This document shows, piece by piece, positions 1 to 9,150 of a stretch of 64,000 nt of DNA (its first letter is position 1; each line of letters starts with the position of its first letter). The translations under genes were made by a program, and so were the position numbers. Under the pieces are notes generated by a model that saw only the letters and a list, made by a program, of their open reading frames with translations, made no database searches and was not told the origin of the DNA. Source of the DNA: Prevotella sp. (GTDB lineage: Bacteria; Bacteroidota; Bacteroidia; Bacteroidales; Bacteroidaceae); the NCBI GenBank assembly GCA_024695815.1, contig JAILHK010000006.1, positions 39,177 to 103,176 of the forward strand, given 5' to 3'.

Positions 1-12
1 ATATGTTTTCAT
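1..12 (-). CDS. possible start (MKTY...) of the next gene of the SusC/SusD operon, truncated by the window edge
   Basis: ATG at 12-10, 9 bp after the SusD stop, open to the window start; only 4 codons visible. Confidence 0.3.
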
Positions 13-21
13 TGCTGTAAT

Positions 22-1641
22 TTAGTTTTTGATAATTGTACGTTTCTCGCGGAGAAGGTTGGTCAGTGTTCCTTCGTTGAAAGTGATGGTGCTATTGGGA
101 ATAGGCAGCATCCAGGCAGCCTGGTCGCGCTTGAACGACTCCAGACGATAGTCACCAATGTGGTAGTGCGTGTTAGAAACAGCGTCGTAAGTGTAGGCGG
201 GGTGTGTGATGGTGAAATCCTCGGCCAACGGATAACGGCTGTTGACTGCATAGCGACGGAGGTCGAACCAGCGGTGGCCCTCAAAGCAGAGCTCCATGCG
301 GCGCTCATTGCGGATGAACTCTACCAGCTTCTCGTTGTCCGTAGGAATGTCGGCCAACTGGGCATCCGTCAGACGCTTCTCGCGCAACTGCTGCAGGGTG
401 GCACGTGCCTGCTCGGTCTGATTGAGCATGGCCAGAGCCTCAGCTCTGTTGAGCAGCACCTCGGCATAGCGTATGGTGAAGATGTCGGAAGCCATATCCT
501 GGAAGTTGTAGTCATTGGGCTGGGGGAAGTACTTGTTGGGCAGTGGAGCCTTGTTCTTCGAACTGTTGCGGAAGAAGAACTTACGGCGCAAGTCGGTGGG
601 CTTGAAGTTGTCCATCAGGCTGCTGCTGGCCTTGAAGCTGCAAGCACGGTTGTCATCGCCATTCCACGAGCCGGTAGAGTCGTTGATGAAGATGAAACTG
701 GCATTGTAAGTGCCGGTAGTGAAGATCGTTTCGACGGAGTTGCGGTTGCTGAAACTGTTTTCTGCTTGATGCTGACAGAGGTCGGTGAGTTTGTAGCCCA
801 GCTCCTTGAAGGCATCAGTAGCATCAATAGCATCCTGATAGCGCTCCATATAGAGAGCCACACGCGACTTGAAAGCCTTGACAGCACCGATGCCTACACG
901 CAATGTGAAGTCGGGGGTGTAGCCATTCAACTCTTTCTCGGCGGCCTCGAGGTCGGCCCATATCTGATTATAGACCTCCTTGCACGATGCCCGCTTGAAG
1001 TGCTTGTCTTCGATAACCTCCGACACCTTCAAGGGCACGCAGAAGTCTGTATTGGCAGTAGCCACCGAGTAAGGCATTCCATAGGCATTAGCCAGGTAGA
1101 AGTAGTAGAAAGCACGGAGGAAGTGGGCTTCGCCACTGACATGCTTCAGCAATGTCACCTTCTCCGTTCGTGTATCTTTACCAGTTATCTCCTGTGCCTG
1201 GAAGATGATGGAGTTTAGGGCGCCGATATGCTTGTACAGTTTGGTCCAGTCCTTATCCTCCCACTGTATGTTCTGAATACTGCTGAAGGGGTCCTCGTTC
1301 CAGTTGGCCAGCTTGCCCAACATGTAGTAAGGCGTGCCTACATCCTCTGTAACATAGTCAATGAGGAACGCCTCGGCATCGTCATCGACCACGTGAATCC
1401 AGGGGAAGTAAAGGCTCTGGTCGTTCGTCATCTCCAGTTCCGACTTGCTCATGGTTCCCTGACCGTAGATAGCCCCCTTTCTGAAGCCCAGGAAGCCTTC
1501 GCCAATCATCAGGGCCTCGAGGTCATCCACATTTTCACAGTAGCGCTGGTCTGTAGAATACTCTTCCAGGAAGTCGCCACACGACGCAACGAGCACAGTG
1601 AGCAAGGCCAGCAAAAGCGCATATATTGATTGTCTTTTCAT
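22..1641 (-). CDS. RagB/SusD family nutrient-binding outer-membrane lipoprotein
   Basis: Lipobox-like LVASC; SusD motifs GEAHFLRAFYYF, RYAEVLLNRAEA, ERRMELCFEGHRWFDLRR; directly downstream of SusC. Confidence 0.93.
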   Translation of the reverse strand: MKRQSIYALLLALLTVLVASCGDFLEEYSTDQRYCENVDDLEALMIGEGFLGFRKGAIYGQGTMSKSELEMTNDQSLYFPWIHVVDDDAEAFLIDYVTEDVGTPYYMLGKLANWNEDPFSSIQNIQWEDKDWTKLYKHIGALNSIIFQAQEITGKDTRTEKVTLLKHVSGEAHFLRAFYYFYLANAYGMPYSVATANTDFCVPLKVSEVIEDKHFKRASCKEVYNQIWADLEAAEKELNGYTPDFTLRVGIGAVKAFKSRVALYMERYQDAIDATDAFKELGYKLTDLCQHQAENSFSNRNSVETIFTTGTYNASFIFINDSTGSWNGDDNRACSFKASSSLMDNFKPTDLRRKFFFRNSSKNKAPLPNKYFPQPNDYNFQDMASDIFTIRYAEVLLNRAEALAMLNQTEQARATLQQLREKRLTDAQLADIPTDNEKLVEFIRNERRMELCFEGHRWFDLRRYAVNSRYPLAEDFTITHPAYTYDAVSNTHYHIGDYRLESFKRDQAAWMLPIPNSTITFNEGTLTNLLREKRTIIKN

Positions 1642-1654
1642 TTTGCAGTGATTT

Positions 1655-4600
1655 TTAGATGGTTACGTTGATGTTGAATGTGTAGGTAGGACGTGTTGAC
1701 AGGTTGATAGAGGGTGCGTTACCGCTCTGAGTAGGATCCTGTCCCTTGAGCTTCTTGCTGCACAGCGTCCAGAGGTTATTGCCCGTGAGGCTGATGTACA
1801 TCGACTGCAGTCCGAGCGCCTTGACCAGGTGGTCGTCTACATTATATTTGAACGACAGCGACTGGAGCTTCAAGTAGTTACCGCTGACAACGCGGATGTT
1901 AGAGTTGTCATACATCTCATACATGCTGCCGGCAAACTCATAGGCAGAAGCAGGATACTGCTGCCACCAAGAGGTGTTGTAAGCCTGATCGACAACAAGA
2001 CCGGGGATATTGGTAAACGCCTCATCGCCCGGACGACGCCAGCGATTCACGTACTCCTTACGCAGGTTCTGCTGCGGATAGATAACGTTGGTAGCATAGC
2101 CAGAGGCAATCTTCAACATACGGATCTTGTTACCCAGCGAGTAGGTGAAGTTGAACGACAGTCCGAAGTTTCGCCAACCGAAGTAGTTGGTGATACCACC
2201 CTGGATGTAGGGTTCGCGGGTGCCCGACTCCTCCATGACGGTCTGGTAGATCTCATCCTTCGTCATGTTGGCATACTTAGCCATCAGCTCGTCCTTGTTC
2301 TCGTCTTCAGTATCGTAGAACGTTGGAGCACCACTATTGTGGTCGAGGCCCTTGAACTTATAAGAGTAGAAAGTGCCGATAGGCTTTCCTGTAAACTCGA
2401 TGGAGCCATTGAGGTAGTCTTTATAAGTGACCACATCGTGCAGCACATTGTTCTTGTTGTTGAGGGCGCGGTTGGCCACCTTGTTGATGACCTCGCCAAT
2501 CTGTGGGTCGATACGCCATACGAAGCCACGCTTTGATGTTCCACCAATGTTTGTAGCATTGTTGATGGGCGTAAAGCTGAACGACAACTCGATACCCCGG
2601 TTGTCGAGCGTACCGCCATTGATGACATACTGATTGACACCATTGATTTCCGACACGGTCTTGGTCAGGAAAGCGTTGGTGGTGTGCTTGTAGAAGTAAG
2701 ACACCGTACCGCGAATCTTGTTGTTCAGCAGTGCGAAGTCAAGTCCGGCATTATAAGAAGCCGTGCGCTCCCACTTCAGGTCGGGGTTAGGATACTTGTA
2801 GATGGTGGCATAGTTCTCGTTGAAGTCATAGCTGGTGAGCTTTGACTGCTGGATAATCATGCGCGCGGTCTGACCCGGCAGCATGTTACCCTGCCAACCC
2901 CATGAGAGGCGCAGAGAGGCATCATCTACCCAGGCCGTGTTCTTCAGCACGTCCTTCTTCATGTTCCAGCGTCCTGAAACAGCCCAGATGGGCGAGAACT
3001 CCTCGTTGGCACGCGTACCAAAGAGGTTGGAACGTTCGCCACGCAGATGGACATTGAAGATGTAGGTGTCCTTATAGCCATAGCCACTGGTGGCATACCA
3101 TGCCATTTCGTTGGTAAGCAGACGGTTGCGATAGCCCAGTCCTTCCTTCGATGCCATAAACGACGAGTAATACATTGAATAGGTGGTGGGCACCTGATCG
3201 AAGTAACCGCCAAACTCGGTGAAGTAGCCGCGGCGGGTGATGTTGAAGCCCTTGTACTCTGTTGACTTTGCCTCGATACCGGCAGAAGCCGTAATCAGGT
3301 GACTACCCTTCTGACCGAGTGTCTTCATGAAGTTGGCCTGCAGACGGGCCGTGTAGTCGGTGTTGCGTGTCTCTTCGCGCTTCAGCTGACCGCCGACGGG
3401 ACACATATCGTTGCGCAGCGAACGGTCAGAGCGAAGGTTGTTGATATAGTATGTATCCTTGGTGTAGTATTCCTCGTGCGTGGTATTCTGAATGCCATAA
3501 GCCAGAACTGCGTCGATGTTCAGACATGGCAGCACCTCGTAGCGCATCTGAGCGCGGAGGTTGATGGCATTACCATCGGTGTTGTCGCCCGAGTTAGCCA
3601 TCTCGTTAATGATGTTGTAGTCATAGCGGTTGCCATACATGTCAACACGGGGATAGTAGAACAGAGAACCGTCGGGATTGTGCGAAGGCATGGTGCGGCT
3701 CATGTTGTAGGCGTAGTCCATCACGTTGATGTCCGACGGTGTGTAGGTGCGCTCAGTGGTGTTGGCAGCCAACTGGAACTGAGAACTGAACTTGCGGTAG
3801 TTGGCCGAGAGGTTCAGCATGGCCGAATAGCGGTCGTTCTTCTCTTTCTTAATAGCACCATTCTGCTGGTTATAGCCCACCGAAGCATAGTACTTGATGT
3901 TGGGCGAGCCACCAGAGAGGCTCACGGTGTGGTTGTGCGACAGGGCGTCGTGGGTCAGCAGTCCGAGCCAGTCGGTGTTGACGCTGCCATAGTAGTCGGC
4001 ACGCTGCTTAAATGTGGCGTAGTCGATGTTGCCACTATAGTAGTCCATCAGTGCTTCTTCATAACCAGACCACTGGGTCACATTATTATAGTACATCTTA
4101 CGGTCTATCAGTTCCTTGCTGACGTCCAGTCGCTCGGCAGCGTCCATCATATAGATGTCGCGGTCAGAGTAGCGGGGACGACGGGTAAAGGTGAAGCTGC
4201 CGTTATAGCCCACGGAAGGTTTGCCAATCTTACCCTTCTTGGTGGTGATCACGATGACACCATTGCCGGCCTTGGCACCATAGAGCGCGGTGGCAGAGGC
4301 ATCTTTCAGCACGTCAATCTGCTCGATGTCGTTAGGGTTCAAGCCCGAAATGGCGTTGCCCAACAGATTGACGAAGTCTGGGTCGTTGATGCTCTGGGGA
4401 TCAACATTCACTGGATCAGAAAGAACGATACCGTCGAGCACCCACAGTGGTTCGCGATTGCCGAGGATGGTTGAGGTACCACGAATGCGCAACTTGGGCG
4501 CAGCACCCAGCTGACCGCTGTTAGGCATGAAGATCATGCCTGGCACCTTGCCTTCCAGCATCTGGTCGATGGTGTTCATACCAGGATTGATGATGTCGTC

Positions 4601-5260
4601 CATCTTCAGGGTTGTAACTGCCGACGTGAGTTTCGAACGGTCAATGGTCTGGTAACCGGTGACGATGACGTCGTTCAGTGTAGCCACATTTTCGTGCATG
4701 ACCACATCAATGTTTGGACGGTCAACGAGCACCTTCTGCTGCTTCATGCCGATGAAGCTGAAGCAGAGCACGTCCTGCTCGTGCACCTCGATGCGGTAGT
4801 TACCCTCGCTGTTGGTGACGGCAGTGCCCTTCTTACCCGAAACTGTCACGGCCACTCCAGGCAGAGGCTCGGAGGCCTCGTCCATGACATGACCTGCTAC
4901 AACGATCTTCTGTGCATCGGCATTGGCCTTGCGTATCACGGCACAGTCGCCATCCCACACCACCTCCAGGTCCAACTGCTGACAAAGACGGGCCAGGAAA
5001 GCGGCCACCGTTTCGTTCTTGGCCGTGATGGTGGCCTTCTTACCTTTCAGCAAGTCGGCATTATACACATACGTAAACCGGGCCTTTCCTTGAACTGACT
5101 CCAGAATTTTAATCACATCTACATTGTTGTAGGTTCCTGAGAAGCGTTGTTGCTGTGCCCACGAGGCGTGAAGCGAACAGCATACTAACGTAAGCGTAAA
5201 GAAAAGTCTTCTCCCTTTAGCAAACAGCCTCGGGAGCGCAGAAAAACAATTTTTAATCAT
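1655..5260 (-). CDS. SusC/RagA TonB-dependent transporter with N-terminal STN-like signalling extension
   Basis: Carboxypeptidase-like domain (EPLPGVAV), plug motifs RIRG, PLWVLDG, IDVLKDASATALYGAKAGNGVIVITTKKG, NPDLKWE; extra N-terminal domain; adjacent to FecR. Confidence 0.95.
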   Translation of the reverse strand: MIKNCFSALPRLFAKGRRLFFTLTLVCCSLHASWAQQQRFSGTYNNVDVIKILESVQGKARFTYVYNADLLKGKKATITAKNETVAAFLARLCQQLDLEVVWDGDCAVIRKANADAQKIVVAGHVMDEASEPLPGVAVTVSGKKGTAVTNSEGNYRIEVHEQDVLCFSFIGMKQQKVLVDRPNIDVVMHENVATLNDVIVTGYQTIDRSKLTSAVTTLKMDDIINPGMNTIDQMLEGKVPGMIFMPNSGQLGAAPKLRIRGTSTILGNREPLWVLDGIVLSDPVNVDPQSINDPDFVNLLGNAISGLNPNDIEQIDVLKDASATALYGAKAGNGVIVITTKKGKIGKPSVGYNGSFTFTRRPRYSDRDIYMMDAAERLDVSKELIDRKMYYNNVTQWSGYEEALMDYYSGNIDYATFKQRADYYGSVNTDWLGLLTHDALSHNHTVSLSGGSPNIKYYASVGYNQQNGAIKKEKNDRYSAMLNLSANYRKFSSQFQLAANTTERTYTPSDINVMDYAYNMSRTMPSHNPDGSLFYYPRVDMYGNRYDYNIINEMANSGDNTDGNAINLRAQMRYEVLPCLNIDAVLAYGIQNTTHEEYYTKDTYYINNLRSDRSLRNDMCPVGGQLKREETRNTDYTARLQANFMKTLGQKGSHLITASAGIEAKSTEYKGFNITRRGYFTEFGGYFDQVPTTYSMYYSSFMASKEGLGYRNRLLTNEMAWYATSGYGYKDTYIFNVHLRGERSNLFGTRANEEFSPIWAVSGRWNMKKDVLKNTAWVDDASLRLSWGWQGNMLPGQTARMIIQQSKLTSYDFNENYATIYKYPNPDLKWERTASYNAGLDFALLNNKIRGTVSYFYKHTTNAFLTKTVSEINGVNQYVINGGTLDNRGIELSFSFTPINNATNIGGTSKRGFVWRIDPQIGEVINKVANRALNNKNNVLHDVVTYKDYLNGSIEFTGKPIGTFYSYKFKGLDHNSGAPTFYDTEDENKDELMAKYANMTKDEIYQTVMEESGTREPYIQGGITNYFGWRNFGLSFNFTYSLGNKIRMLKIASGYATNVIYPQQNLRKEYVNRWRRPGDEAFTNIPGLVVDQAYNTSWWQQYPASAYEFAGSMYEMYDNSNIRVVSGNYLKLQSLSFKYNVDDHLVKALGLQSMYISLTGNNLWTLCSKKLKGQDPTQSGNAPSINLSTRPTYTFNINVTI

Positions 5261-5290
5261 TTTTTTGTTGGTTAAGTTTTTGTTTATTTA

Positions 5291-6382
5291 TTAATGAATG
5301 GTGATCTTGCTTCCGTCAATCTCGTAGTCAAACTCGTCGGTCAGCCCCATCTTCTGCATGAACTCATCGACGGTCTCCGTTCTCCGGCATTCGCCCGAGA
5401 AACGGATGTCTCTGACGTCGGCCTTAAACTCCACCTCGACGCCATAGATGCGTGCTATCTCGGCCATGATGGCCTCCAGTCGCTGGTTGCGGAACACGAT
5501 GAGTCCGTTGCGCCAGGCCGATGCTCTCGGGTCGCTGATAGGCTGAATGGTGATGTCGTTGCCCTCTTTCACGACTTCCTCGCCCGGAGCGAGCAGGTAG
5601 TCGTTGTCGCCTGCACTAAACATCACCTGGCCCGAGTAGAGGGCCACGCCAGCATGGTTGGCGTCATAGCTTCTCACGTTAAACGTGGTACCCATGACGG
5701 TTATCGTGCCTGCGCTGGTGCTCACCTTGAAGGGGCGACCAGTCTTCTTGACGTCAAAGTAGGCCTCACCCTCCAGATAAACGCGCCGGCTGAGGTCCAT
5801 TCGGTTGGGGAACTTCAATTTAGAGCCCGAGTTCAGGGTGATGGCAGTACCGTCGGGCAGTGCTATCTGGTATTGCCGTCCGTATGGCACCACCAGTTCC
5901 AGGAGCGACTCTTCTTTGTCAGAGTTATTCATAGCAATACCACTCTCGGTGACATAGGCCGATGTGCCCGCTACATCCATGTTGTCATCAGCATGGTCGA
6001 GCAGGATAACCTTGCCCGTGCTGGTGGTAATAACGGGCACCGAGTCTGTCAGTGCAGGGATGTGCTTTTCCAGCATCGCCATGACCTCATGAGACGGTTT
6101 GTTGTCGCTCATGAACGGTATCATCATGATAAAGCCGGCAAAGATGGCAGCTGCCGCCCAAGCCACATAGCGCCGATATGCCACGGGGCGCTGCTCATGG
6201 GTATTGCGAAGAAACAATTTATAGGCTTTTTTGATGTTGTATTTCTGGTAGTGAGCCAGTCGTTCGGAAACCATGGTGCTGCGATAGAAGTGGCGCACCT
6301 CTTCCAATCGTGGGTCAGCCTGTTGCTCATCTCGGGCAATGGCGTCAATGGTATCTATAAAGTGTTGCTCGTCGGCTTTCAT
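5291..6382 (-). CDS. FecR-family anti-sigma factor
   Basis: One TM helix; LPDGTAITLNSGSKL, RRVYLEGEAYFDV, VMGTTFNV, AWRNG motifs; lies between ECF sigma and SusC. Confidence 0.92.
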   Translation of the reverse strand: MKADEQHFIDTIDAIARDEQQADPRLEEVRHFYRSTMVSERLAHYQKYNIKKAYKLFLRNTHEQRPVAYRRYVAWAAAAIFAGFIMMIPFMSDNKPSHEVMAMLEKHIPALTDSVPVITTSTGKVILLDHADDNMDVAGTSAYVTESGIAMNNSDKEESLLELVVPYGRQYQIALPDGTAITLNSGSKLKFPNRMDLSRRVYLEGEAYFDVKKTGRPFKVSTSAGTITVMGTTFNVRSYDANHAGVALYSGQVMFSAGDNDYLLAPGEEVVKEGNDITIQPISDPRASAWRNGLIVFRNQRLEAIMAEIARIYGVEVEFKADVRDIRFSGECRRTETVDEFMQKMGLTDEFDYEIDGSKITIH

Positions 6383-6456
6383 ACTTTTACTTTTTTAGTA
6401 TATTATGCAAAAAATCGTAAAAGTATTATCGATAAACCCAAAAAAGTGATATTTTT

Positions 6457-7002
6457 CTATAAAAAGCAGATCAGAGGGTTGTCTTTAGCATACTTCCTCA
6501 GCGACTCGATAGCCTTTGCCTTGCTCTCCTTGACCGTACTGAGGCTAATCTGCAGAATCTCGGCAATCTCTGCCCCAGTCTTCCCTTGTATAGACAAGGT
6601 GATAACCTCACGCCGACGCTTGGGCAACTGCTGTATGCCCTCATATAATTGTCTCACCAGTTCTTCTTTTACCGCCATGGCAAAGTCGTCCTCGTGATGC
6701 CCCAGAGAGATGGCGTCAGATATCTCGACGTTGACAAACTGCTGGTGGTCGCGCAGGTGGTACAGCGTGTTGTTATAGACAGCCCTGTAGAGATAGAACG
6801 ACAGGTGTTTCTGACTTTCAAACGTCTTGTCGTTGTTCCATAGCTTCATCAAGGTAGTCTGCACGATATCCTCAGCCAGCATATCGTCGTGCAGCAAGTC
6901 GCTGGCGAAAGCACACAAAGGGGCGTAGTAAAAGTCAAAAAGAACCTTCCATTCTTTTTCGTCTTTATTGTTTATGTGTTCGATACGCAGACTAGTTTGC
7001 AT
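6457..7002 (-). CDS. ECF-type RNA polymerase sigma-70 factor (Bacteroidetes expansion family)
   Basis: LFDFYYAPLCAFA, AEDIVQ..MKLW, YLYRAVYN, region-4 HTH EIAEILQISLSTVK; ATG at 7002 preferred over TTG at 7026. Confidence 0.9.
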   Translation of the reverse strand: MQTSLRIEHINNKDEKEWKVLFDFYYAPLCAFASDLLHDDMLAEDIVQTTLMKLWNNDKTFESQKHLSFYLYRAVYNNTLYHLRDHQQFVNVEISDAISLGHHEDDFAMAVKEELVRQLYEGIQQLPKRRREVITLSIQGKTGAEIAEILQISLSTVKESKAKAIESLRKYAKDNPLICFL

Positions 7003-7109
7003 TGTGTACTTCTGAATTCGTAGCAAAGGCTGAAATTTGCCATATCAGAACTTTCGCCTACCTTAGAAAAGTATTTCGACATCAAGCGAAATCATCAATA
7101 GCATGGGGG

Positions 7110-7117
7110 CAAAGGTA
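7110..7117 (-). promoter_or_regulatory. Bacteroidetes -7 promoter box for the ECF sigma gene
   Basis: TACCTTTG on minus strand matches TAnnTTTG, ~110 bp upstream of the start. Confidence 0.6.
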
Positions 7118-7191
7118 CAAATAAAAACTGAAAAAGAAATCCTTATGGTGGAATATTTTATGTGAACAATCCAGATAGTGCCACTTCTCCA

Positions 7192-7225
7192 TGTCTTTCC
7201 TCCTTCCATTCAAGGAGGAAAGACA
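7192..7225. other. 14-bp perfect hairpin (possible terminator or end of the repeat element)
   Basis: TGTCTTTCCTCCTT-ccattc-AAGGAGGAAAGACA, nested inside AGTGCCACTT/AAGTGGCACT. Confidence 0.6.
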
Positions 7226-7229
7226 AATC

Positions 7230-7650
7230 AAAAGTGGCACTTTGAAGATGGAAAACAGCTGCTATTGCGGGGCAATAGTGGCCGTTTGGAATAGCAAGAG
7301 TGGCACTATTGATGCCAATCTAGAGTCTAGAAACACTATTTCTAAAGTCTAGAATGGGCGGTTCTAGAGTCTAAAAGTGGCAGTTCTAAAGTCTAGAAAT
7401 GGCAGTTCTAAAGTCTAGAACCAAAGCAATAGTTTCTGTTCTAGCCCCTGGAAAGCCCACATCTAGCCGCTAGAACTGCCACTTCTAGGGGCTAAAACGA
7501 CCGCATCTAGCCGCTAGAATTGAACTTTCCAGGGGCTAGATGCGGAGCAAAAGTGCCACTATTGCAAGACAAAAGTGGCACTATTACACGACAATACCTA
7601 AGCTATGACTAGGCGAAAGCGCCACTATTAACAAGAATAGCGGCACTTTT
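7230..7650. repeat. mirror-symmetric array of ~19 degenerate 15-bp palindromes with a 22-bp period
   Basis: Units start at 7230, 7252, 7274, 7296 (AATAGTGnCACTATT type); 7318-7406 and 7439-7527 (TCTAG-nnn-CTAGA type); 7549-7636 (first type again); dyad axis at ~7429/7430. Confidence 0.88.
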
Positions 7651-7793
7651 ATGTCAGGAAATCAATAGGAATAAGCTATTATCTTTTTATTCAATTCCTT
7701 TTTCATAGCTACAAATAGTTTTTAGTGATTATTGGTTTTTTGTATTACACAGAATTCTTCGTCACTCCTTATTCACAATCTAAGGAGCTTGTC

Positions 7794-8552
7794 TTAGAGG
7801 TTGTTAGCTTTTGGCTCTCTATATTTAAAAGAGATGGGTATCGTATATTTCACATTCACGAGATGCCCTCTATGCTTTCCCGGTTGCCACCTGGGCATGT
7901 GCTTAATAGCATACAAGGCTGCATTGTCTAGACAGGGACAGACGCTCCGAATCACTTTCGGATTGCATACCTTGCCATCTTTCCTGACAACCATAGTCAC
8001 AACGACCCGCCCCGACAGCTTATGGGTTTGAGCATAAGTCGGGTAATACACATTCTCTGTCAAGAATTTATTCATTTCCTCATCACCTCCAGGAAATAAT
8101 GGAAAATGTTCGACAACACTCATAACATTATCTGCTGTCAGAGTCGTATCGATGCCATTATCCTCATCAATATCGATAACCATATATGACGTCTTCTCTT
8201 TCTTGACCTGATAACGAATATCATGTTGACGTTCCCTTTCCGTGTTGAGGTCTGAAATAAAGTAAACAGAATACCAGTCTTTTCCTCGTGGGATAACCTT
8301 CAAAGTCGCCAAATCCGTCGGTGTGCGGTCATAGTTGTCATAGATGACGTAACGATGGCGTTCTTTGTTCAACCTGTTTATTTTATCACAGCATGCTTCA
8401 GTCATATACTGGTTCAAATCAACAGAATTCGACGTGAGAATGTCTGTGTACGCATCTTTCAAAAACGCCACAGCTCCCTCATCATACTTCTGTGCATAAC
8501 TGCTACACACAACAATGCACAGCAAGCATATCAAATACAATTTCTTTTTCAT
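7794..8552 (-). CDS. secreted protein: N-terminal DUF3828-like domain fused to a TonB C-terminal domain
   Basis: Signal peptide MKKKLYLICLLCIVVCSSYA|Q; C-terminal PLFPGG, YP..A, GRVVV.MVV.KDG, LDNAAL..IKHMPRWQPG, VNVKYTIPISF are typical of TonB_C; the N-domain assignment is by resemblance only. Confidence 0.75.
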   Translation of the reverse strand: MKKKLYLICLLCIVVCSSYAQKYDEGAVAFLKDAYTDILTSNSVDLNQYMTEACCDKINRLNKERHRYVIYDNYDRTPTDLATLKVIPRGKDWYSVYFISDLNTERERQHDIRYQVKKEKTSYMVIDIDEDNGIDTTLTADNVMSVVEHFPLFPGGDEEMNKFLTENVYYPTYAQTHKLSGRVVVTMVVRKDGKVCNPKVIRSVCPCLDNAALYAIKHMPRWQPGKHRGHLVNVKYTIPISFKYREPKANNL

Positions 8553-8603
8553 TTTTATAGTCACTTGTTTTGTTTCGTTTTTATTTTTACTATCGACCTT
8601 CGA

Positions 8604-9149
8604 TTATGTATTTATTAGCGTCACGAACCATACTATAGCTACCATTATACTATACAGAGCTGTCATAATATCCCATACCTTCTGATTCTGATGTTTCTCC
8701 TTTTCAAATCGTGAAAAGTAATACAGATACCGATCTCCCTTCCAAAAAAAGTAATATGAAAACATATAATCCAACAATGCAGTAAATATGATATAAGTCC
8801 CCAAATAGTGAACAAATATTTCTTTGAGTTTATAACCAAATGCAATCACCAGAATATTCGTAATAATCATAATCGGAAAAATGAATATTATATACATCAT
8901 TGCATAAGTGTTATGCATTATCATACCATCGGAATCCTCGAGCATTTCATACGACCCTTTCACACACTCTTTATAGCTATTCCATCCGTATCGTTCCCTC
9001 AAATTCTTACGTACTATCGGCAACAAAAGCCATGGTTTCAGAAGCGACACAACTATTTTGTTAAAAATACGATGGTCGATAAATTTACATATCCTATTAG
9101 CAGAATAATAAACTCTGTTACAAAACACAATAAAACTATTTATTTGCAT
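8604..9149 (-). CDS. hypothetical multi-pass membrane protein, putative toxin immunity protein
   Basis: ~3 hydrophobic helices, FFWKGDRYLYYF motif, very AT-rich; ATG at 9149 lies 1 bp after the upstream stop. Confidence 0.6.
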   Translation of the reverse strand: MQINSFIVFCNRVYYSANRICKFIDHRIFNKIVVSLLKPWLLLPIVRKNLRERYGWNSYKECVKGSYEMLEDSDGMIMHNTYAMMYIIFIFPIMIITNILVIAFGYKLKEIFVHYLGTYIIFTALLDYMFSYYFFWKGDRYLYYFSRFEKEKHQNQKVWDIMTALYSIMVAIVWFVTLINT

Positions 9150-9150
9150 T

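Noticed and set aside
160-6697. Long plus-strand ORFs (160-1218, 3299-4474, 5294-6697; similarly 21867-22511, 24367-25161, 54834-55595)
   Set aside because: Antisense shadows of well-supported minus-strand genes; no recognisable motifs
7230-7650. CRISPR array
   Set aside because: Units are only 15 bp and degenerate, linkers are 7 bp, the array is mirror-symmetric and no cas genes are present
7794-8552. Canonical tonB gene symbol
   Set aside because: Lacks an evident membrane anchor and Pro-rich linker, and no exbB/exbD are nearby
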